Part shown: one piece after another, positions 8,360 through 15,643 of the stretch | Position numbering within the stretch: the first letter of the stretch is position 1 | Layout: each line of letters opens with the position of its first letter | IMG/VR virus record: IMGVR_UViG_3300022699_000502 | Span: 64,001-82,044 of that record | Source of the DNA: a virus | Lineage: Duplodnaviria; Heunggongvirae; Uroviricota; Caudoviricetes | Length of the DNA: 18,044 nucleotides | Strand: one strand, 5' to 3' | The notes under the pieces: generated by a model | Seen by the model: only the letters and a program-made list of their open reading frames with translations | Told to the model about the DNA's origin: nothing | Databases searched by the model: none | Translations under genes and position numbers: made by a program

Positions 8360-9649
8360 ATGAAATTAAATGAAAGAGCAGTTGCGGTTGAAGTTGTTAG
8401 TACGGGATGGTGTCCATTAGATTGTGATTACTGTTACATCCCAAAAACAGACGAAACTAAAAATATGCATGAAAATATAGTTAATAAACTTAGGAGTGGT
8501 GAATGGATTGATAAATTAGATGATAAATTTGAAAATTTACACCATGTAGGCTTTTGGGGAACAGAACCATTACTTATATTAGATATAGTTACAAACCAAA
8601 TAGATGATTTAGTTAATGTTTTCCCAAATATAAAAACCATAGAATTTTCTACATCATTATGTTTAAATCCCTTACCAATAAAAAGGTTAAAGGATAAGTT
8701 AAACGAATATGATATTGATATGAAATGGCAAGTTAGTGCAGATGGACATTATACTGATATAAATAGGATGGATGGTGCAACCCAAAAGATTAAAGACAAT
8801 TTAAAAAAGTTGGCAAAAAATATGGATAAATTTACATTGAAGTGGAAACCCACCATATCAATAGATAATATAGAAGATATGGCAAACAACCCAGACGAGG
8901 TTGAAAAATTTCTTTCATTTTATAAAGATATGAAAGAATATGTATTAGATATAAATGATAATGTTGAAATAGCTGAGGGTTCATATGCACCAACATTAGT
9001 AGTACCAGGTAAATATACAAGTGATGACGGTAAAATTTTTGCTAAATATATTGAAAATATGAGAAAATATAATTATGATACCGCATATACTAATAGATTA
9101 AAAAGAGTAATGAATTATTCTTATGACCTAGATAGAAATCCTTCTATGTTCACGTGCTCGGGCGGAGATTCTAACTTTGGTTTTGACGATGGCAATATAC
9201 ATATATGTCATAGAACATTTTATCAAGATAGAAATAAATATATAGAAAGTATAAAACAACAGAAAAGATATGATAATTGGGATGTATCATTATTTGAGGA
9301 TGGTACTATAAATATGATAAAGGATAAGTATATAGTTGGTGATGATGATTTATTACGATTTGAATATGTCATGAGAAGTTATCACGATTATTTGGAATTA
9401 AAATTAAACCACACCAATGCAATAATAATAGAATTAGCCAAATGCGGTCAAGCAGATGATATTTATATGGATAATCCTGAGTTAAGAGAAACATTGGCTT
9501 TATTTCTACACACATCACATAGTTGTCCAGCTGAGAATTTATTAAATACAGGTGTGGTTCATTTTATGCCAGTAAGTATGATAAGATTATGGGCAAATGG
9601 AGCATTTCAAGAATTATTAAAAACAGTTGGTGATAATAATGAGTTTTAA
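8360..9649 (+). CDS. Radical SAM enzyme 1, SPASM/Twitch-like peptide maturase type
   Basis: CPLDCDYC (CxxxCxxC) at 8411-8434, FWGTEP (GGE-motif variant), QVSADG, and CSGGDSNFGFDDGNIHICHR (first SPASM/Twitch Cys pair). The start is placed at ATG 8360 after GTGAT. Confidence 0.9.
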   Translation: MKLNERAVAVEVVSTGWCPLDCDYCYIPKTDETKNMHENIVNKLRSGEWIDKLDDKFENLHHVGFWGTEPLLILDIVTNQIDDLVNVFPNIKTIEFSTSLCLNPLPIKRLKDKLNEYDIDMKWQVSADGHYTDINRMDGATQKIKDNLKKLAKNMDKFTLKWKPTISIDNIEDMANNPDEVEKFLSFYKDMKEYVLDINDNVEIAEGSYAPTLVVPGKYTSDDGKIFAKYIENMRKYNYDTAYTNRLKRVMNYSYDLDRNPSMFTCSGGDSNFGFDDGNIHICHRTFYQDRNKYIESIKQQKRYDNWDVSLFEDGTINMIKDKYIVGDDDLLRFEYVMRSYHDYLELKLNHTNAIIIELAKCGQADDIYMDNPELRETLALFLHTSHSCPAENLLNTGVVHFMPVSMIRLWANGAFQELLKTVGDNNEF

Positions 9650-10916
9650 GGAAGAAAATAATGAACTTGGGAAAAATTTTATCAAAAATATGTACTTGGA
9701 TTATTGGGAATCTGATGAGGATAATGGTAATCATAATAGAATTGAAATACAAACATCATATAAATGCAATTTAAATTGTAAATATTGTTATGTTGATAGG
9801 CATAGGGATAAATTATATAATGAAGTAGATGATGATGATTTATATGACAATGCGGAAATGTTAATAGATTGGTTAATCGAAAATGATTACAATCCTTCGA
9901 TAGACTATTTTGGCGGGGAAGTATTTGTTAATGATATCAATTTTAAAATATTAAATATGATATTAGATAAATTTAAAGATAAGGATAGCGTTCCACCCAA
10001 AATTGTAATACCAACTAATTTTACATGGATAAAAAGTGAAAATATAACAAAAAAAGTAGATGAATTAATAGAAAAATCAAGGAATATAGGTGTTCCTATA
10101 TATTTATCTGCTTCAATAGATGGGAAATATTGTACTGAGAACAGACCACCAATAAAATTCGATGATGATGATTATCAAAAATTGTTCAAGTTTTGCAAAA
10201 AATGGAAAATAAATTTCCACCCTATGATATATAGTGAAGAAATAGAAAATTGGAAAGATAATTGGTTATGGTTTCAGGATTGGTTAGAAAAGACTGATAG
10301 ACCTTTCGATTCTATATATTTGCTTGAAGTTAGAAATAGAGAATGGACAAAAGGACAAATAAACGAGTTTCAAGACTACATCAAATGGTTGATTGACTGG
10401 ACTATCAATAAAGTAGGTAAGGACGAACTGGTAAAGTTTATATTTGATGATGGTTATAATATATTAAGAACACCATTCACAACTATAGGAAGAGGTATGG
10501 GTTGTTCTATGCAAGCATCTTTATTCGTCAGGTTGTCAGATTTGACATTTAATATATGCCACCGTTTATCGTACGATGAATTTGAATTAGGCCATTTTGT
10601 TTATGATGATAAGATTGATGATTTAGTTGTAGATAAGCCTGAATTATTGATAGGAACAAAATCATTAGACCAAAAAACATATCCTGGTTGTGAAGATTGT
10701 CCCATAAATTATATGTGTAGTGGTCAATGTTTGGGTGCGATGTATGAATATACTGGGGATATGTATACACCGATACCTAATGTATGTAGATTAGAATTGG
10801 CAAAAATTAAAAGTATTATTGAAAAATTTAAGGATGAAAATATGTTAGATGAAGTAAAAAGATATGTTAACAGTAACATATTAAAACAAATAGAGTGGAT
10901 GGAGGAACAAATATGA
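9639..10916 (+). CDS. Radical SAM/SPASM enzyme 2, peptide maturase type
   Basis: CNLNCKYC at 9765-9788, YFGGE and SASIDG. Full SPASM-like pattern C-x17-C(HR)...CEDCPINYMCSGQC-x18-C. The start is placed at ATG 9639 after GGTGAT, overlapping enzyme 1. Confidence 0.92.
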   Translation: MSFKEENNELGKNFIKNMYLDYWESDEDNGNHNRIEIQTSYKCNLNCKYCYVDRHRDKLYNEVDDDDLYDNAEMLIDWLIENDYNPSIDYFGGEVFVNDINFKILNMILDKFKDKDSVPPKIVIPTNFTWIKSENITKKVDELIEKSRNIGVPIYLSASIDGKYCTENRPPIKFDDDDYQKLFKFCKKWKINFHPMIYSEEIENWKDNWLWFQDWLEKTDRPFDSIYLLEVRNREWTKGQINEFQDYIKWLIDWTINKVGKDELVKFIFDDGYNILRTPFTTIGRGMGCSMQASLFVRLSDLTFNICHRLSYDEFELGHFVYDDKIDDLVVDKPELLIGTKSLDQKTYPGCEDCPINYMCSGQCLGAMYEYTGDMYTPIPNVCRLELAKIKSIIEKFKDENMLDEVKRYVNSNILKQIEWMEEQI

Positions 10917-11395
10917 ACTTTGAGGAAAGGAAGAAAGCTATGTTAAAATTACTGAAAAGTCAAAAAGGACTTAATAAATATTGGAATGACGGCGATGCTA
11001 ATAAGATTAGAGATGCAACAAAATATATGATAAATACATTAGAGGATATAAAATGCGGAAAAACAGTAGTAATAGGTTCAAAAAGAGAAAATCAGATAAA
11101 AAATACAACAAATATGGTATTAGATGTTGTACTAAATCTTGGTATAACTGATTATATGAAGGACTTAGCAATATCATATGGTATAATATTAAAAAATTGG
11201 AATGATAATACATTAAATGATGAAACTTTAAAATATGAAGCTAAATCTATCGTAAGGTTAATAGAGTCCAATTACTCAATAAGAGACCTTATCAATATAG
11301 TAGATAAATTGAAAAGAAATAACATTGAAAATAGACATGCAAGATTGGCAAGACATTATTTAAAAACATTGGAGGATGATGTAGATGACAGTTAA
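10913..11395 (+). CDS. Hypothetical helical, Lys/Ile/Asn-rich protein in the radical SAM cassette
   Basis: ATGA overlap with the enzyme 2 stop, and GGAGG upstream. No motif recognised. Confidence 0.65.
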   Translation: MNFEERKKAMLKLLKSQKGLNKYWNDGDANKIRDATKYMINTLEDIKCGKTVVIGSKRENQIKNTTNMVLDVVLNLGITDYMKDLAISYGIILKNWNDNTLNDETLKYEAKSIVRLIESNYSIRDLINIVDKLKRNNIENRHARLARHYLKTLEDDVDDS

Positions 11396-11627
11396 AGAAA
11401 TAAATAACAATGTTGAAGATGTAAATATATTATTAACTGAAGTAAAAGATGAAGATACAGGTGAAATAACTAGAAAAAGTCTCGATATAATAATATATGG
11501 TATGCGAGATAGAATAGATATGTACGGTTTTTACGGTGACTACACATATACTGATAACAAAATAATAATCAAAAAGCATAGTAGTGCGGACGGCCATCTT
11601 GTAGAAACTATAACATACAATTATTAA
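11385..11627 (+). CDS. Hypothetical 80 aa protein, last gene of the cassette
   Basis: Overlaps the previous gene, with GGAGGATGAT upstream. Beta-strand-like pattern. No motif recognised. Confidence 0.6.
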   Translation: MTVKEINNNVEDVNILLTEVKDEDTGEITRKSLDIIIYGMRDRIDMYGFYGDYTYTDNKIIIKKHSSADGHLVETITYNY

Positions 11628-11666
11628 TGTATTGGTGCTTTATGGGGTGTGGGTTATTCAATTAAT

Positions 11667-11703
11667 ATTAAATAGTATAAAAAACATACTTATTATATAT
11701 AAA
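11667..11703 (+). promoter_or_regulatory. Possible promoter P2 (ATTAAATAGT...TATATAAA)
   Basis: A variant of the P1/P3 architecture with a longer spacer, in an AT-rich intergenic gap before the membrane protein gene. Confidence 0.45.
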
Positions 11704-11719
11704 GGTTTAGGTGGATATT

Positions 11720-11926
11720 ATGAAGAAGATAAAAAAGAAAGATGACCATGGTTTAATGTGGTTTACCGATGATTTCGTGGTATTGTTCCTGGTGATGAGT
11801 ACAGTAGCACTGTTTGCATTAGGATACGAACTACCAGAATACCTAACGAACGGTTTCTATGTAAGTTTACTCTATACAACTGGTAAAAAAGGTCTACAGA
11901 TGTGGAAACAGCTCAAAAATGGATAA
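11720..11926 (+). CDS. Small membrane protein, holin-like
   Basis: 68 aa with a basic N-terminus, hydrophobic FVVLFLVMSTVALFALGY, a second weaker hydrophobic segment and a basic C-terminus. GGTGG lies upstream of ATG 11720. Confidence 0.5.
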   Translation: MKKIKKKDDHGLMWFTDDFVVLFLVMSTVALFALGYELPEYLTNGFYVSLLYTTGKKGLQMWKQLKNG

Positions 11927-11930
11927 ATCG

Positions 11931-11965
11931 TCCAAAACATTTAAATAGTCAAAAAAATATATAAA
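11931..11965 (+). promoter_or_regulatory. Viral promoter P3 (TCCAAAACA-TTTAAATAG-N9-TATATAAA)
   Basis: Near-identical to P1, followed by GTGATAGG-ATG 11975. Confidence 0.75.
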
Positions 11966-11974
11966 AGTGATAGG

Positions 11975-13129
11975 ATGAAAATTTTATGGTATTCAGTAGC
12001 GCCCTTCGTTGCGTCCGGTTATGGAACTCAGACTAAAGGCGTAATTAATGAGCTAACAAAAAGAGATATTGACGTTGATGTAGATTGTTTTTCGGGTCAA
12101 CTACATGGAGATACAGAAGAGGAAATAAACGGGCAAACCGTAAAAATGTACGGCGGAAGCGGTGGAATATTCGATAAAGGTCTAATAAACAGATCAACTA
12201 ATTATGATGTTACCGTCACACATATGGATCAATGGATGATACCGGATCAATTAGAGAAGGTTAAAGGTGATATGATTCATTGGTCGATAATAGACCAGAC
12301 ACCACCACCAAGATCCTTACAGGCAATAGATGGATTTGAAAACACAAAAGGATTTGTACCTATGACGAATTGGGGTAAAAGCCAAATGGAAAAATATTAT
12401 GATTCGGATAATATGTTTGATCCAATATATCATGGTGTTGATCTAGACATATTTACTCCAGATAAGTCAGGTTTAGACGATAACTACCAAAAATTCGTCG
12501 ATAGTGCCGATTTCTTGGTTGGTATAATCGGTACAAACACATTGAGAGAAATGATACCGAATAATTTAGAAGCATTTTGTAAATTCGCGGAAAAAATAGA
12601 CGAAAAAGCTAAAATATATGTTAATAGCCAATTATATAGACAAGACGGGCATCATCTGCCAACTATCGTAGAAAATTTATTAGCAGATTATGATGTTACT
12701 AACGATCAAATTGTATTTAGAAATCCAGATAAAAACAAATTACCAGTTGACCAACTAGCTGCATTATACGCAAACATGGATGTGCATTTAGCAACAACAA
12801 TGGGAGATAGTTTCGGAATTCCAATTTGTGAAGCGGGTGCCTGCAAAACACCGTCCATAGTTACAAAATTTAGTGCACCTCCAGAGCTAGTAGATGATGG
12901 TAGAGGACTAAAAGTAAAACCACATGCTGATATTTGGATGCAAAGAACGAATAGCAAACAGAAAATCCCAAGTACAGACGATATTGCTAGAGCATTAGAG
13001 ATCTATTACGAAGATGAAAAGAAGCGTAAACTTCATGGTCGAAAAATGCGTAAATGGGCAAAAATGAACTGCAATTGGAACACCGTAGGAGAACAATGGG
13101 CCAATCTACTGAGGCGAGAATACGGCTGA
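11975..13129 (+). CDS. GT-B fold glycosyltransferase, family 4-like
   Basis: N-terminal MKILWYSVAPFVASGYG, plus PIYHGVD and LYANMDV...TMGDSFGIPICEAGACKTPSIVT...ELV (acidic-x7-Glu GT4 motif). Confidence 0.88.
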   Translation: MKILWYSVAPFVASGYGTQTKGVINELTKRDIDVDVDCFSGQLHGDTEEEINGQTVKMYGGSGGIFDKGLINRSTNYDVTVTHMDQWMIPDQLEKVKGDMIHWSIIDQTPPPRSLQAIDGFENTKGFVPMTNWGKSQMEKYYDSDNMFDPIYHGVDLDIFTPDKSGLDDNYQKFVDSADFLVGIIGTNTLREMIPNNLEAFCKFAEKIDEKAKIYVNSQLYRQDGHHLPTIVENLLADYDVTNDQIVFRNPDKNKLPVDQLAALYANMDVHLATTMGDSFGIPICEAGACKTPSIVTKFSAPPELVDDGRGLKVKPHADIWMQRTNSKQKIPSTDDIARALEIYYEDEKKRKLHGRKMRKWAKMNCNWNTVGEQWANLLRREYG

Positions 13130-13130
13130 T

Positions 13131-13529
13131 ATGATGAATGATAAGGAAATGAGACAACTGCTAGAAAAGCTAAACAAATTGATTGATGAAAGAGAAACAA
13201 GTAATGGTTCCCTCTCAAAAGTGGAGGTATCTTTAGGTAAACTTGAAACTAAAGTAGAGAATATTGAAGAAAAACAAGGCGATTTAAATGACCGTGTTAA
13301 CCAGATTTTAGGATACTTCAATGATCCCGCAAGAGAATCTGCTTCATTACGAGAACACATTGCTAACTGTCCTGCCAGAGACTTCTATGAATCTAAAGAA
13401 AGCATGACAACTAAACCTGAAATGTATGAAGGATTGCAAAAATCCTTGATAATAAAAATGTTATTGATAAACGGCGGCATGATGGTACTGGTTGTTGCCT
13501 TGGCGGAATTATTGATGATGATGATGTGA
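13131..13529 (+). CDS. Coiled-coil protein with a C-terminal transmembrane anchor (XhlA-like architecture)
   Basis: Heptad segment LSKVEVSLGKLETKVENIEEKQGDLNDRV and hydrophobic C-terminus MLLINGGMMVLVVALAELLMMMM. Confidence 0.6.
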   Translation: MMNDKEMRQLLEKLNKLIDERETSNGSLSKVEVSLGKLETKVENIEEKQGDLNDRVNQILGYFNDPARESASLREHIANCPARDFYESKESMTTKPEMYEGLQKSLIIKMLLINGGMMVLVVALAELLMMMM

Positions 13530-13534
13530 TTGAT

Positions 13535-15199
13535 ATGCCTTATGAAAATGAACATGCGTGTAGGTTACAAAACCCTGATAAATATAATCAGTTTAGAAGA
13601 GTTAATAATGATATCGAAGTTGGTGGTAAAAAAGCCGATGCAATATACGGTATAAATGGTGATACCGCTGAACTCCAAGCTGTTAGATTTAAGACGGATA
13701 AATTCACGGAGAATGAAGCACACAATTGGTGTAGAAACCATAACGGAACATTTGAACCGGCTTCAAATAATGAAGGTAATAAAATGAAAAATACACAAGA
13801 TAAAATTTTTAAAAATAAAGCAGTTCCTACCCATACACCAGATATGCTAGACGACGAATCGTGGGATGGAGATAATGCAGTTGATAACTTAAGACAATGG
13901 GCAAGTAACGACGGATCCGGTGATAAAGAAACTATTGATTGGGATGATTACAAATACGGATTCGGATGGTATAATGATAACGAACCAGAAAATTTCACCT
14001 CTTATAAACTACCACACCACAAAGTAGTAAACGGGGAACTTAGGACATCCAAACAAGGTGTGTATGCTGCGGCAGCTGCTGTTGAAGGCGCTCGAGGTGG
14101 TATAGATATATCTGATAGTCAGTTGGCAGATGTAAGAGACCACTTAGAAACGCACTATTCACAGATGGACGAAGATCCACCTTGGCGTGAAATGCAAGAT
14201 GAATATGTTTGTGAATGTCTAGAATGTGGACATATTGTAGAATCTGAAGAACATTGTAAAGATATAAAGTGTCCCGAATGTGGAGGACAAATGAGAAGAC
14301 TTGAAAGACCTGGTGAAGGCCGACATGAACAAACCGATAATTTCTATCTATTGAAACATTGGTGGAAAGGTCAATTTGTTGTTAAATGGGGTCCGTCTAA
14401 AGAACATTGGGACTTATTTTATAACGGTAAACAAATAGTACTTGATAGCAATCCATTAGAATCAAATGAGATGGGTACCGCAATACGCGAACCATACACA
14501 AACGACTTTGAGAAAAAGGGTTCTAATGGACCTGAATATATTGAACCAGGTACACCTGGAAATCCAACGAAGGATACGTCATGTTGGGTTGAAAGACTTG
14601 ATGAGGGTACAATCAACGTCGAAATAGACACGGAAACCAAAAAAGTATTTAGTATCAACGGAGAAAATCTGACCGACACATGGGTACTAGAAAGAGAAGA
14701 TGAAAATACTAATCTTTGGGTTATGAAAAAGCAGGAACAACACAGTGAACTACAACAACATGAACTCAGCTGCGATACACCTGTTGAAATAGAACTCATG
14801 GAAATGTTACCAACAGGTAACATGAAAATAGAAGGGTGTATATTGGGTGAAGGTGTCTGGAACGGATATTTCTGGCCCGGGGACGTAGTAAAAGAAGTCG
14901 GTGAAGAAGCTATCGAAAATCTTAAAATAGAAGTTGGACCTGACCACGAAGATAAAATCACTGACGCAGGTGAAGTGATAAACTATCAGTGGGATGACCA
15001 CAAAAAAGGTTGGCATATCGAAGCAATAATCGATAACAAAGAAGCGATCGAACGTGCACAATCGTTAGAAGATCCTGGGTGGTCTATCGAAGCAACTGCA
15101 TATAGTGACAACGTAAGAAACATAATAAAAGAAATAACAGATCTTAAATCTGCGGTACTAGTAAGAGTCCCTGCATGTAAGACCTGTTATGTATCGTGA
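13535..15199 (+). CDS. Multidomain putative prohead (capsid maturation) protease
   Basis: The C-terminal ~125 aa have the HK97-type layout: candidate His in GPDHED (14945), candidate Ser in GWSIE (15083), ending SAVLVRVPAC. Upstream domains are PYENEHACRL..ELQAVRF..WC, SYKLPHH..GARGGIDI..HLETHY, a Zn ribbon and a KHWW..HWDL segment. The gene lies upstream of scaffold and capsid. Confidence 0.7.
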   Translation: MPYENEHACRLQNPDKYNQFRRVNNDIEVGGKKADAIYGINGDTAELQAVRFKTDKFTENEAHNWCRNHNGTFEPASNNEGNKMKNTQDKIFKNKAVPTHTPDMLDDESWDGDNAVDNLRQWASNDGSGDKETIDWDDYKYGFGWYNDNEPENFTSYKLPHHKVVNGELRTSKQGVYAAAAAVEGARGGIDISDSQLADVRDHLETHYSQMDEDPPWREMQDEYVCECLECGHIVESEEHCKDIKCPECGGQMRRLERPGEGRHEQTDNFYLLKHWWKGQFVVKWGPSKEHWDLFYNGKQIVLDSNPLESNEMGTAIREPYTNDFEKKGSNGPEYIEPGTPGNPTKDTSCWVERLDEGTINVEIDTETKKVFSINGENLTDTWVLEREDENTNLWVMKKQEQHSELQQHELSCDTPVEIELMEMLPTGNMKIEGCILGEGVWNGYFWPGDVVKEVGEEAIENLKIEVGPDHEDKITDAGEVINYQWDDHKKGWHIEAIIDNKEAIERAQSLEDPGWSIEATAYSDNVRNIIKEITDLKSAVLVRVPACKTCYVS

Positions 15200-15204
15200 T
15201 ATAA

Positions 15205-15603
15205 ATGGATCTGGAACACAAATTTAAAGACGCGATCTGCGGTGTCTCGATAGAGAAAAAAACGCGGTCTAAGCTAGGGTTAAGAGCAAGACCTTGGGTT
15301 GAAATCCACACATCAAATCATAAAGCGAGACAGATCAAATACGAACTACTAAATTACGGTATTAACGCAACAGTCAACAACGATGGCGTCAGAATCCAAG
15401 GCATAACTAATTGCGACATGATAACGAGATTCTTCGATCCGCCTAAATGGTGGCAGCAGGCGATGAATATGTTCCGCAACAAAGACCACCTGGATAAAGA
15501 AGGCATGTTAAGAATAGTTCAATTAAGATCGAGAAATAGCGATCGAACCGTATCAAAATGGACGATCAAAAAAGTCGTTGAGACATTGAACAAAAATGCA
15601 TAA
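15205..15603 (+). CDS. Degenerate single-domain LAGLIDADG homing-endonuclease-like protein
   Basis: GVSIEKK..KLGLRARPWVEI, ITRFFD and KDHLDKEGMLRIVQLR match the layout of LAGLIDADG_1 proteins. The catalytic helix is reduced to FKDAICG. Confidence 0.65.
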   Translation: MDLEHKFKDAICGVSIEKKTRSKLGLRARPWVEIHTSNHKARQIKYELLNYGINATVNNDGVRIQGITNCDMITRFFDPPKWWQQAMNMFRNKDHLDKEGMLRIVQLRSRNSDRTVSKWTIKKVVETLNKNA

Positions 15604-15604
15604 A

Positions 15605-15621
15605 CCCAAAAACTTTTTATA
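15605..15621 (+). promoter_or_regulatory. Possible promoter P4 (CCCAAAAAC-TTTTTATA) pointing into the hairpin element
   Basis: BRE-like CCAAAAAC like P1/P3, then TTTTTATA at 15614-15621. The predicted start (~15644) coincides with the 5' end of the stem. Confidence 0.5.
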
Positions 15622-15643
15622 CATCCTATCACATAAGTATTAG

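Noticed and set aside
8360-10916. Radical SAM genes as queuosine/7-deazaguanine, MoaA or anaerobic RNR activase functions
   Set aside because: No QueC/QueD/FolE/DpdA, Moa or NrdD neighbours are present. The Cx2Cx5Cx3C SPASM and the adjacent leader-core proteins fit peptide maturases better.
11628-11710. tRNA or other RNA gene in the intergenic gaps (also 15604-15925)
   Set aside because: No cloverleaf, T-loop GTTC(G/A)A or CCA-ending acceptor stem was found.
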